A DNA stretch of 64,000 nucleotides from an uncultured Bacteroidales bacterium (GTDB lineage Bacteria > Bacteroidota > Bacteroidia > Bacteroidales > Marinilabiliaceae): assembly GCA_945607565.1 (NCBI GenBank), contig CALYZD010000001.1:1-64000 (forward strand), written 5' to 3'. This document shows, piece by piece, positions 19,755-30,221 of this stretch. Numbering within the stretch: the first letter of the stretch is position 1; every line of letters begins with the position of its first letter. Under the pieces are notes generated by a model. That model did no database searches. It saw nothing but the letters and a program-made list of their open reading frames with translations, and had not been told where the DNA came from. Both the position numbers and the translations under genes were made by a program.

Positions 19755-20437
19755 AACGAACTTCCCCCGAATCCGCATTCTGCAAAGTCGATTACTTGCG
19801 TGTCCGGCGATTTTGCCCTGACATATCCGGCAATCGTCTCCCAAGTGTCGTCGGCCATTATCCGGTTGTCGGCCGGCATGCGGTTGTAGACCAGCGTGTG
19901 CAGGCTGATGCCGCGCTGCAGGCACGCCTCGACGCTCAGCAGTGTGTGGTTGATGCTCCCGAGCCTCGACGACGCCACGAGAATCAGCGGCAGCTTCTGC
20001 GATTCGACGAAGTCGATGGTCATCATCCCCTCGGTCATCGGCACCATCAGCCCGCCCGCGCCTTCGACAAGCACTCTGTCGTATCTGGACGCCAGATATT
20101 GGGTGTCTGTCGCAATCTTCTGTGTGTCAATGGTTCTGTTCTCGCGTTTGGCCGCCAGGAGAGGCGACGCCGGCATCCGGAACAGATAGGTGCACGTGCG
20201 GCCCTCTTTGTCCTCGGGCAGCCAGCCGGTGCCCATCACTTTCCGGTGCTCTTCGATGTCTTCCGACACGTCGGCGCACCCAGTCTGGACAGGTTTTTGG
20301 GTGATTGTCTTGATTCCGATTGCGTTCAGATGCGCGGCCAGCCGTGCCGTGATGTACGTTTTGCCGCAGTCGGTGTCCATTCCGCTTATGAAGTAAACCT
20401 TGTGTTCTGCCATATTTTTTTTGTGTTTGATGGTCAT
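19751..20437 (-). CDS. bioD: dethiobiotin synthetase
   Basis: P-loop GMDTDCGKTYIT, E-G-A-G-G motif (LVEGAGGLMVP); alternative start at M9 (20413). Confidence 0.85.
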   Translation of the reverse strand: MTIKHKKNMAEHKVYFISGMDTDCGKTYITARLAAHLNAIGIKTITQKPVQTGCADVSEDIEEHRKVMGTGWLPEDKEGRTCTYLFRMPASPLLAAKRENRTIDTQKIATDTQYLASRYDRVLVEGAGGLMVPMTEGMMTIDFVESQKLPLILVASSRLGSINHTLLSVEACLQRGISLHTLVYNRMPADNRIMADDTWETIAGYVRAKSPDTQVIDFAECGFGGSSF

Positions 20438-20505
20438 TAAAATCGCTGCCCGCCCCGATGTCTGTGATTCGGGTCCGGGCAGCGAAGCAAAATGTGTGTC
20501 GGTCT

Positions 20506-21120
20506 TTAGTCTTCCTCTTCCTCTTTGTCTTTCTTGCTCTTTTTCTTTTCTGACTTTTCGGGCTTCTCGGGTTTCTCCGGCGTGTTGCCCGTGAGCGAGT
20601 TGAAGGCTTCGGTGGTGCTGTCGAGCTTCTTCATGGCTTCTTTCAGCGGCGCCGAGTTGCTTTTCTGTGCCGTTTTGCCCTTGGTTACGTTGGCCTCGCC
20701 TTTGGTCATTTTGGCGTTAGCTTCTTTGATTTTGTTGTCGATTTTCTTCAGTTCGGCTTTCGACTCGGCGTCCAGCGCTTTCAGGTCGGCTTTGGCCTGG
20801 CTGACAACCGATTTGTCGTCGTCTTTCAGATATTTCGAAATCGACTTGCGCTGCGCGGCGAACTCCTTGACGGCGGCCTTGCGGTTGGCGTTCTGTTCTT
20901 TGAGCTCGGCTTCCGCTTCGTCGATCATCGTGTTGCCGACCTCGACGAGCGAGTCTCCGACGGCGATTTTCCGCTGGATTGCATCTACTTTGTTCTGAGC
21001 GTTCTGCATTGCTGTCGAGGCTTTCTCGATGGCTGCTGCGGCTTTGTCGGTCGTCTGGCCGAATGTCAGGGTGCTTGCGGCAATTGCGATTGCTGCCAAT
21101 ATCATTCTTTTCATGTCCAA
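20506..21120 (-). CDS. secreted coiled-coil protein, possibly OmpH/Skp-like periplasmic chaperone
   Basis: Signal peptide MDMKRMILAAIAIAASTLTFGQ; A/K/E-rich heptad-like body; C-terminal (EKP)3-KKKSKKDKEEEED low-complexity tail. Confidence 0.5.
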   Translation of the reverse strand: MDMKRMILAAIAIAASTLTFGQTTDKAAAAIEKASTAMQNAQNKVDAIQRKIAVGDSLVEVGNTMIDEAEAELKEQNANRKAAVKEFAAQRKSISKYLKDDDKSVVSQAKADLKALDAESKAELKKIDNKIKEANAKMTKGEANVTKGKTAQKSNSAPLKEAMKKLDSTTEAFNSLTGNTPEKPEKPEKSEKKKSKKDKEEEED

Positions 21121-21324
21121 CTGTTTTTTTGTTCTGTCGGCAATGATACCAAATTATATCGTTCGTTGCAATCGCCGCGCACGCTGCCTGCGGATATTTT
21201 GCAGCATCTGCCGGCGGCCACTATTTTGACGACACTTTGGCGGCATCCGCTTGTAGATGACAACTAATTTTCCGAATATTGCGTAGCGACGCAGTCGAAA
21301 ATCCAACATTAATAACAACATAGT

Positions 21325-22146
21325 ATGAAAACTTTGACAAAATTTATCTGTGTGTCATTTCTGGCACTATCATCGGTGGGCTGCACCACAATCGACAGCG
21401 GCTCAGTCGGAATCAAATTCCTGAAATGGTCGAGCGACAGCGAGAACCGCGGCGGAGTAGTGGGGACGTGCAAGGGCTGGGTGTGGTACAACCCGATTAC
21501 CGAAAGCGTCTTCGAGTATCCGATTTATGTCCAGCGGAAAACATACGAGGCTTTTGTGGTCAACGCCAAAGACGCGTCGTCGTTCACGATGGACCCGACC
21601 ATCGCCTATCGCCTCGATTCGGAGAAGGCCATCAATGTGTTTATGAAATATCGCAAATCGCTGAACGACATTGAGGAAGGCTATATCAGAACGTGCATCT
21701 ACGAGGCCTATCGCACTTGCGCCAACCAGTACACTTCCGATTATCTGATGGCCAACCGCGGCGAGTTCGAGAACGAGGTCCGCAAGCGTCTTGAACTTTC
21801 GCTGTCGGCCGAAGGGTTTATAGTTGAGGAATTTACGTCGCAGATTACGCCGCCCGCATCGTTGGCTGCGGCCATCAATGCCAAGAACGAGGCCGTGCAG
21901 AACGCGCTGAAGGCCGAGAACAAGGTCAAGGAGGCGCAGGCCAATGCCAAAATCGAGATTGCCAAGGCCGAGGGCGAGGCGCAGGCGCTCAAGATCAAGG
22001 GCGACGGCGAGGCATACTACAACCGCGTGGTGGCTCTGTCGCTCAATCAGTTGCTGGTCCAGCAGTACGCCATCGAAAAGTGGGACGGCAAGCTGCCGAC
22101 CTACGTCACCGGCAACTCTTCGATGCCTTTCATCAATGTCAAATAG
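21325..22146 (+). CDS. SPFH/Band-7 (prohibitin-family) domain lipoprotein
   Basis: Lipobox LSSVGC; SPFH core plus C-terminal Ala/Glu-rich coiled coil (EAQANAKIEIAKAEGEAQALKIKGDGEAYY). Confidence 0.8.
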   Translation: MKTLTKFICVSFLALSSVGCTTIDSGSVGIKFLKWSSDSENRGGVVGTCKGWVWYNPITESVFEYPIYVQRKTYEAFVVNAKDASSFTMDPTIAYRLDSEKAINVFMKYRKSLNDIEEGYIRTCIYEAYRTCANQYTSDYLMANRGEFENEVRKRLELSLSAEGFIVEEFTSQITPPASLAAAINAKNEAVQNALKAENKVKEAQANAKIEIAKAEGEAQALKIKGDGEAYYNRVVALSLNQLLVQQYAIEKWDGKLPTYVTGNSSMPFINVK

Positions 22147-22183
22147 TCGGTGCGCCGGCTATGGCGATTCAGTGAATTAATGC

Positions 22184-22230
22184 CGCGTCTGCAACGGATT
22201 GATGTCCGATCTGTTGCAGACGCGTTTTCT
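22184..22230 (+). terminator. intrinsic terminator after the SPFH gene
   Basis: CGCGTCTGCAAC-N17-GTTGCAGACGCG perfect 12-bp stem followed by TTTTCTG. Confidence 0.6.
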
Positions 22231-22437
22231 GTGCCGCAAAAATTCCCCCGTCGGCCGACAGTGTCTGCCAATATGTCGCATTTGGCAGGCGGCGCTGACA
22301 CTGCGGGCGTCACGATTGTCGTCCTGCTGTCAGAAATCTGACAAAATGTCCTGTTTTGGCGAATGGCACGTTTTGTGCTATTGGGATGGTCGGATTTGAA
22401 AAAAAACAAAGTATTAACAATCTAAAAACATAAAATC

Positions 22438-22716
22438 ATGTCAGAATTGAAAGGAAAAATTTTGGCCGGTAAGGTTTTGGTAAAGCCCACCGCAGCAGAA
22501 ACGAAGACTTCGAGCGGAATCATAATCCCTGATTCGGCGAAGGAAAAACCTCTGAAAGGCACTGTAGTTCTGGTTGGTGAAGCCAAGAAGGACGAAGCGA
22601 TGGAAGTGAAGGTAGGCGACACCGTCCTCTACGGCAAATATTCGGGAACCGAACTGCACATCGATGGCGAGGATTATCTGTTGATTTCGCAGTCGGACGT
22701 TCTTTATATCGCTTAA
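22438..22716 (+). CDS. groES: co-chaperonin GroES
   Basis: 92 aa; mobile loop SGIIIPDSAKEKP, GDTVLYGKY. Confidence 0.95.
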   Translation: MSELKGKILAGKVLVKPTAAETKTSSGIIIPDSAKEKPLKGTVVLVGEAKKDEAMEVKVGDTVLYGKYSGTELHIDGEDYLLISQSDVLYIA

Positions 22717-22751
22717 AATCTGAGTTTTCTATTAATCGTTTTAAATTATAA

Positions 22752-24395
<1,644 letters not shown>

Positions 24396-24426
24396 TGTCA
24401 TAGCCACTCGAAATATTCAATTCAAC

Positions 24427-24510
24427 AAAGAGAGGGTGCGCCGGATTCGGCGGCTTTCAGAGTCGGCAGGCTCTGAAAACCGATTCGAATCCGGCGCATT
24501 CTCTTTTTCT
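24427..24510 (+). terminator. groESL operon terminator (three-tier hairpin)
   Basis: Nested stems AAAGAG/CTCTTT, GCGCCGGATTCG/CGAATCCGGCGC and TTTCAGAG/CTCTGAAA, followed by TTCTCTTTTTCTC. Confidence 0.6.
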
Positions 24511-24575
24511 CGGCCTCTCGAAAATCTTTCTTTTTTAATTACTTTCGCACTACATACAAATAAATCATTACCTCG

Positions 24576-25388
24576 ATGAAACAGAAGATTTTTTCTCTCA
24601 TGGCGTTTGTCGCCGCAATGACTTCGTGCGCCAAGCCCAACAATGCCGACACGGTTGTAGTCACCACAAAATACGGTGATATGAAAGTGATTCTCTACGA
24701 CGACACGCCCCTGCACCGTGACAATTTCGTGCGTCTGGTCAGCGACGGGCTCTACGATTCGCTTCTGTTTCATCGCGTCATCAGCGGCTTCATGATTCAG
24801 GGCGGCGACCCCGAGTCGCGCAATGCGGGGCCCGAAACCGAAGTGGGCTCTGGCGATCTGAACTATACGGTGCCGGCCGAAATCAATTATCCCAAGCATC
24901 TGCACCGCCGTGGCGTGCTGGCCGCCGCCCGCATTCCGGACAAGGAAAATCCGCAGCGCAGCTCCAGCGCGACGCAGTTCTACATTGTGCAGGGCAAAAC
25001 CTTCACCGACGCCGAGCTCGACGAGGTGGAGGCTCGCAAGAACAACACGCTCCGCCAGATGGCATTCTACAAGCTGCTGCCTCATTATCAGGATTCTCTG
25101 AAATATTATCAGGACAACAACATGCGCGACGATCTGTGCCGGCTGCAGACCGAGGTGATGACGCGCGCCAGCGAGATTGCCGAGGCCAACGGCCTGTTCG
25201 CCTTTTCGGACAGCGTCCGCGAGATCTACCGCACGGTTGGCGGCGCGCCTCATCTCGACAACGAATACACGGTCTTCGGCGAAGTGGTCGAGGGGCTTGA
25301 AGTGATTGATTCCGTTGCGGCCCAGCCGGTCGGCTTCGCATCGCGACCGCTCGAAAACATCGTCTTCTCAATAAAAATTCTGGAGTAG
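24576..25388 (+). CDS. cyclophilin-type peptidyl-prolyl cis-trans isomerase, lipoprotein
   Basis: Lipobox MTSCA; FHRVISGFMIQGGDP ... YTVFGEVVEGLEVIDSV. Confidence 0.85.
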   Translation: MKQKIFSLMAFVAAMTSCAKPNNADTVVVTTKYGDMKVILYDDTPLHRDNFVRLVSDGLYDSLLFHRVISGFMIQGGDPESRNAGPETEVGSGDLNYTVPAEINYPKHLHRRGVLAAARIPDKENPQRSSSATQFYIVQGKTFTDAELDEVEARKNNTLRQMAFYKLLPHYQDSLKYYQDNNMRDDLCRLQTEVMTRASEIAEANGLFAFSDSVREIYRTVGGAPHLDNEYTVFGEVVEGLEVIDSVAAQPVGFASRPLENIVFSIKILE

Positions 25389-25391
25389 ACG

Positions 25392-26198
25392 ATGAACACA
25401 CGTTGGGCGCTAACGCTTTTGGGGGCGGCGATGCTTGTCTGTCCAGACCTTGCGTCGCAGACGCATCACGTGCTTGTGCGGACTAACATGGGCGACATCA
25501 AGCTGATGCTCTACGACGACACTCCCAAGCACCGCGACGAGTTTCTCAATCTGGTCCGGAAGGGGCATTTCAACCAGACGCTGTTCTATCGGTTGGTGAA
25601 AGGCTTTGTGATTCAGGGCGGTTCGTCCGACTCGCGCAACGCCCGGCCCGGCCAGCACATCGGCTATGGCGACGAGGCTATCAACATCGACTCCGAATTT
25701 TCGGCCGGGCGCATACATAAGTGCGGCGCTCTCTGCGCTCCGCGCCAGCCCGATAAGATAAACATGTTCAAGACCTCGGACGTGTCGCAGTTCTACATTG
25801 TCTGCGGGCGCAGATATTCGGCCGACGAGCTCGACAAAATCGAACGCTCGGTCAATAATCCCATAAAGCGCGAAATCCGCGAGACGTATTTCGTGCCGCG
25901 CAAACGCGAACTGGACTCGCTGAAAACGTCTGACCCCAAGGCCTATAACAAGTTGGCGACCGAGATTCGCGAACGGATGAAACTCGAGTACAGCATCTCG
26001 GCCAAGAAGGAATTCACCGAACAGCAGCGCTCGGCCTACACTAAAATTGGCGGGACTCCCGAGCTCGACGGCGAATACACGGTCTTCGGCGAAGTGGTCG
26101 AGGGTCTGGATGTGGTTCTGAAAATCAACCGATTGCAGGTCGATGACAACAACAGGCCGCTGACCGACGTCAGAATGACGGTTAGTGTAATAGATTAA
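25392..26198 (+). CDS. cyclophilin-type peptidyl-prolyl cis-trans isomerase (secreted)
   Basis: FYRLVKGFVIQGGS ... YTVFGEVVEGLDVVLKI; signal peptide. Confidence 0.85.
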   Translation: MNTRWALTLLGAAMLVCPDLASQTHHVLVRTNMGDIKLMLYDDTPKHRDEFLNLVRKGHFNQTLFYRLVKGFVIQGGSSDSRNARPGQHIGYGDEAINIDSEFSAGRIHKCGALCAPRQPDKINMFKTSDVSQFYIVCGRRYSADELDKIERSVNNPIKREIRETYFVPRKRELDSLKTSDPKAYNKLATEIRERMKLEYSISAKKEFTEQQRSAYTKIGGTPELDGEYTVFGEVVEGLDVVLKINRLQVDDNNRPLTDVRMTVSVID

Positions 26199-26205
26199 AA
26201 ATCAT

Positions 26206-27459
26206 TTGGATATGCGCATTTGGATAGTCGTTTTTCTTGCCGTCGCAACTCTGGGCTGCAGCCCCAGAAAGGAGCCGTCGGCCGACAGCGCCAAGCGGGC
26301 CGATGCCTTGCAGTATGGGCGTAATCTGCACTCTACGGTCCGCATAATGACGACCGACCAGTTCAACCAGAAATTGGCGGACGGCTACGCGGTCTACGTC
26401 GCGCCCGATGTGGTGGTGACGAGCCTGAACTGGGTCCGAGGCGCCTTTCGGGCCAAGATGATGCCGGTCGACAGCCGCGCCACGTTTGGCGTCTACGGTT
26501 TTGCTGCGGTCGATGCCGATGCGGGGATTGTGGCCTTGCGCGTCGAGAAGCGCAGCAGCACGTTCGCCGTGGTCGACTCGGCGTCGGGCGTCGCCCCGGA
26601 TTCGCTTTACTCTTTGGCAATGGACGGCAAGCGCTGCATCAAGTCGGAGTATACGGTCGATTCGCTCATGCGCCTGACGCCCGCGATTGCCGACCACGGC
26701 CGGCCATTGTTCGCGCGCAACGGCAATCTGGCTGCCATCGTCGCCGACGACGGGAAAATAGTCGCCTCGGCCGCCATCGCGAAGCTGGTTTCGCAGATCA
26801 GCGCGACGCACAAGTCGATTTACGACCTGCGGCTCGAAAGCAACAAGGTCTATCCGCCGGCGTCGACCATAAAGGGCTGTCGGATAGTAACATCGATGGG
26901 CAACATCACGATAAGCCTTTCGGACAAGACGCCGGCCTATCGCGACAACTTCATCAGGCTTGTGTGCGACAATTTCTACGACAGCCTCCTCGTTCATCGA
27001 GTGCTCACCGATTTCCTGATTCAGATGGGCGCGGCCGACAGCCGGCATGCCAAGGCCGACGACGTGGTCGGCTGGCAGGGCCCCGGCTACACGCTGCCCA
27101 TGGCCATCCGCAAGGATCTCTACCACTGCCGTGGCGCGGTGTCGGCGTCCAAGCTGCCCGACGATCGCAATCCGCACAACCGCAGCGACGGCTCGCAGTT
27201 CTTCATCATCTCGGGGCGCGTCTTCGATGCCACGGAGCTCGACAAGCTCGAATCCGAAAAGCACGTCAGGTTCACCGCCGAGCAGCGTCAGGTCTACACG
27301 AGCGTGGGCGGCGCGCCATATCTCGACGGCGACTACACGGTTTTCGGCCATGTGACGGCCGGGATGGACGTGGTCGACCGCATAGCGGCAGTCCCTCTCA
27401 ACGGCGACCGGCCGCAGACCGATATCCGCATCAGGCGCATCGAACTGATTCGCAAATGA
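26206..27459 (+). CDS. cyclophilin-type PPIase with ~200-aa N-terminal extension, lipoprotein
   Basis: Lipobox ATLGCS; C-terminal half VHRVLTDFLIQMGAAD ... YTVFGHVTAGMDVVDRI is cyclophilin; N-terminal domain has no recognised family. Confidence 0.8.
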   Translation: MDMRIWIVVFLAVATLGCSPRKEPSADSAKRADALQYGRNLHSTVRIMTTDQFNQKLADGYAVYVAPDVVVTSLNWVRGAFRAKMMPVDSRATFGVYGFAAVDADAGIVALRVEKRSSTFAVVDSASGVAPDSLYSLAMDGKRCIKSEYTVDSLMRLTPAIADHGRPLFARNGNLAAIVADDGKIVASAAIAKLVSQISATHKSIYDLRLESNKVYPPASTIKGCRIVTSMGNITISLSDKTPAYRDNFIRLVCDNFYDSLLVHRVLTDFLIQMGAADSRHAKADDVVGWQGPGYTLPMAIRKDLYHCRGAVSASKLPDDRNPHNRSDGSQFFIISGRVFDATELDKLESEKHVRFTAEQRQVYTSVGGAPYLDGDYTVFGHVTAGMDVVDRIAAVPLNGDRPQTDIRIRRIELIRK

Positions 27460-27464
27460 TTGCA

Positions 27465-27526
27465 GACGCACACAAAAAGGCCGACGTTCCAATTGCGTAA
27501 CGTCGGCCTTTTTGTGTGTGCGCGTC
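27465..27526. terminator. bidirectional intrinsic terminator between convergent cyclophilin gene and lysA
   Basis: GACGCACACAAAAAGGCCGACGTT-ccaattgcgta-AACGTCGGCCTTTTTGTGTGTGCGTC: ~24-bp near-perfect stem containing A/T runs on both arms. Confidence 0.7.
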
Positions 27527-27535
27527 TCCTTCGTA

Positions 27536-28684
27536 TTATTCTGAGTAATAGGTCGGTGCGAACTTCCGGAGGTTGTAGCGCGACGCCATGATTTCGCCGT
27601 AGGCGCCGGCGCTTCGGATGGCGATGATGTCGCGGCGCTTCGTCTGCGGCAGCAGCAGCGCTTTGCCAAAGCAGTCCGACGATTCGCATATCGGCCCCAC
27701 CACGTCATATTTCTCCTCGGCCCCGCTTGCCGACAGGTTCTGTATTTTGTGACTTGCCTGATACAGAGCCGGTCGGATGAGGTCGTTCATGCCCGCATCG
27801 ATGATGATGAATTTCGTCTGGCGGCCGTTTTTGACATACGTCACGCGCGAAATCAGCGAGCCGCACTGTGCCACCACCGCTCTCCCGAGCTCGAAGTGGA
27901 CCTGCTGTCCGGGCCTGAGTTCGAGGAACTTGTGGAATGTGCCGAAATACGACGCGAAGTCGGGCATCTCGTTGATGTCGGGGTTCGAATAGTCGACGCC
28001 CAGGCCGCCGCCCACGTTGATGCTTGTCAGCTTGACGCCGTGGCTCTCGAACCATTTCTGCAGCTCGTTGACGCGGCTGCAAAGTTCGCGGAACGGCTCC
28101 ATGTCGGTTATCTGCGAGCCGATGTGGAAGTGCAGCCCGATGAGGTTGACGTTCTTGAGCCGCTGGACGACGTTCAGGACGTTTTCGAGGTCCCAGGTGT
28201 AGATTCCGAACTTGTTCTCGTCGAGGCCGGTCGTTATGTAGTGATGCGTGTGCGCGTCGACGTTCGGGTTGATTCTGAGGGCGACGTTGGCCGTCTTGCC
28301 CGTCTTGCGCGCCAGAGCGTCAATCACTTCCAGCTCCGGCACCGACTCCACGTTGAAGCATTCGATGTTGGCGGCCAGTGCCAGCTCGATTTCCCAGTCC
28401 GTCTTGCCCACTCCGGCAAACACGATTCCGTTCTGGCCGAAGCCGTTGTCGATTGCGCACTGCACTTCGTATCCGCTGACGCAGTCCATGCCAAGCCCGG
28501 CGGCGTTTATCTCGTTGAGCAGCCGGTGGTTAGCGTTGGCTTTGACGGCGTAGTGAATCTTGTAGCCATATTTTTTCGACTCGGCGCAGATGCTTTTCAG
28601 CGTGGCCCTCAGCAGGCCCAGGTCGTAGTAGTAGAACGGCGTCTGAAGCTGTTCGAAGTGGTCCAAAGGAAATTTTGTGCTCAT
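27536..28684 (-). CDS. lysA: diaminopimelate decarboxylase
   Basis: PLP fold-III decarboxylase: YAVKAN (PLP lysine), GGGLGV, EPGR motifs; 382 aa. Confidence 0.9.
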   Translation of the reverse strand: MSTKFPLDHFEQLQTPFYYYDLGLLRATLKSICAESKKYGYKIHYAVKANANHRLLNEINAAGLGMDCVSGYEVQCAIDNGFGQNGIVFAGVGKTDWEIELALAANIECFNVESVPELEVIDALARKTGKTANVALRINPNVDAHTHHYITTGLDENKFGIYTWDLENVLNVVQRLKNVNLIGLHFHIGSQITDMEPFRELCSRVNELQKWFESHGVKLTSINVGGGLGVDYSNPDINEMPDFASYFGTFHKFLELRPGQQVHFELGRAVVAQCGSLISRVTYVKNGRQTKFIIIDAGMNDLIRPALYQASHKIQNLSASGAEEKYDVVGPICESSDCFGKALLLPQTKRRDIIAIRSAGAYGEIMASRYNLRKFAPTYYSE

Positions 28685-28720
28685 TCCAGATTCTTTTTTT
28701 GGGGTGATGACTCGTTTTTT

Positions 28721-30031
28721 TCAGAACAGCCCGGCGCTCAGTGCACGCAAGGCAGCCACCTTGTCGTCGGCGTTGATGAGAATCGAAATGTTGTGGCTGC
28801 TGCCGCCGTACGAAATCATTCTGATGGGCACTTCCTTGAGCGAGCTGAAAATCTTGGTCGCGTAGCCTTTGCTCGACGCTATCAGGTCGCCCACGACGCA
28901 GATGATTACCTGATCCTTGTCCACTTCAACCGTTCCGTATTTTTTCAGGTCGTCCACAATGTCGTCGATGTGCCGGTTGTTGTCGATGGTGACCGAAACG
29001 CCCACTTCCGACGTCGTGATCATGTCGATGGGCGTCTTGTAGCTCTCGAAAATCTCGAAGACTTTCCGCAGAAAGCCGTAGGCCAGCAGCATGCGTCCCG
29101 ACTTGATTTTGATTGCCGTGATGTTGTCTTTGGCGGCGATGGCGGCGATACGCTTCTCGCACTGGCGCGACGAGATCAGCGTGCCGTGCGCCTTGGGGTC
29201 CATCGTGTTGAGCAGTCTGACCGGAATGTTGTTGACCTTGGCCGGCAGAACGCAGGTCGGGTGCAGGATTTTCGCCCCGAAATAGGCCAGCTCGGCCGCT
29301 TCGTCGAACGAGAGGTCGCTCACCGGCGTGGTGCCCTCCACAAAGCGCGGGTCGTTGTTGTGCATGCCGTCGATGTCGGTCCATATCTGAATCTCGTCGG
29401 CCAGAATGGCGGCGCCGATGAGCGATGCCGTGTAGTCGCTGCCGCCGCGCTGCAGGTTGTCAATCTCGCCGAAGGCGTTGCGGCAGATGTAGCCCTGCGT
29501 GATGTAGATGTCGTAGCCCTGGTTGGCTTCGAGCGTTTTTTGCAGATTCTCTTTGATGTAGGCCGTGTCGGGCTCGTTGTTCTTGTCGATGCGCATGAAC
29601 TCGAGCGCCGGCAGCAGGCACGAGTTGATGCCCTGCTCCTGCAGGTAGAGGTTCATCATCGAGGTCGAGATCAGTTCGCCCTGCGCAAGAATCGTTTTCT
29701 CTTCAAAAATCGTGAAAATGTCTTTGGTGAACGACTTGATGTAGTTGAAGTGCTCCGAAATCACCTCAAGGCCTTTGGTCTTGTACTCTTGCGTCGAATA
29801 TAGTTCTTCGATGTGCTGTATGTATTTCTGCTCCAACTTGTTGATGACCTCGTTGGCTCCGTCGTGATTCTTTTTATAAAGGTAGTTGGCTATTTCCACC
29901 AAACTGTTTGTGGTTCCGGACATTGCCGACAAAACGACAATCTTGTTTTCTCCGTCCAAAATCAATTTTGCTACGTCCTTGATTCTCGATGCGCTTCCGA
30001 CCGAGGTTCCGCCAAACTTTAAAATTTTCAT
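28721..30031 (-). CDS. lysC: aspartate kinase
   Basis: KFGGTSV N-terminal motif, amino-acid kinase fold plus two C-terminal ACT domains; 436 aa. Confidence 0.9.
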   Translation of the reverse strand: MKILKFGGTSVGSASRIKDVAKLILDGENKIVVLSAMSGTTNSLVEIANYLYKKNHDGANEVINKLEQKYIQHIEELYSTQEYKTKGLEVISEHFNYIKSFTKDIFTIFEEKTILAQGELISTSMMNLYLQEQGINSCLLPALEFMRIDKNNEPDTAYIKENLQKTLEANQGYDIYITQGYICRNAFGEIDNLQRGGSDYTASLIGAAILADEIQIWTDIDGMHNNDPRFVEGTTPVSDLSFDEAAELAYFGAKILHPTCVLPAKVNNIPVRLLNTMDPKAHGTLISSRQCEKRIAAIAAKDNITAIKIKSGRMLLAYGFLRKVFEIFESYKTPIDMITTSEVGVSVTIDNNRHIDDIVDDLKKYGTVEVDKDQVIICVVGDLIASSKGYATKIFSSLKEVPIRMISYGGSSHNISILINADDKVAALRALSAGLF

Positions 30032-30106
30032 TGTTTTATAATTATTGAGTTGTTTCGTTTTCGATAATATGTTTAAAAATTAACTTCGACTTAAATTTTC
30101 AACGCG

Positions 30107-30114
30107 CAAAGATA
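30107..30114 (-). promoter_or_regulatory. candidate -7 element (TAnnTTTG) for lysC-lysA
   Basis: Minus-strand TATCTTTG, ~75 nt upstream of the lysC ATG. Confidence 0.25.
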
Positions 30115-30221
30115 AAAATTAAAATATAACGCGGACATCATTTTTTTTCAGAACCGTGCCGATGCAATCCGGCCGGTGCCGTTCGCGTGCCGGTTTTGAT
30201 GTCAGGATTTTGCGCCGATGC

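Noticed and set aside
22147-22437. Looked for a CIRCE operator (TTAGCACTC-N9-GAGTGCTAA) upstream of groES
   Set aside because: Only a weak partial match (TGGCAC-N5-GTGCTA) with wrong spacing. The region instead contains the upstream gene's terminator and two unrelated hairpins. The small ORFs 22150..22341 and 22199..22399 here have no coding character.
24427-24510. tRNA-like T-arm motif (CGATTCGAATCCGGCGCA) downstream of groEL, with a possible 7-bp acceptor-like pairing
   Set aside because: The GATTCGAATCC segment pairs perfectly with an upstream CGGATTCG arm as part of a three-tier terminator hairpin. No D-arm or anticodon arm can be folded, and T-loop spacing relative to the putative acceptor is wrong. 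Called a terminator, not a tRNA.
30032-30221. Looked for a lysine riboswitch (L-box) in the lysC 5' leader
   Set aside because: The leader between the candidate -7 box and ATG is only ~75 nt, AT-rich and lacks the conserved L-box helices and motifs; too short for a ~180-nt L-box.
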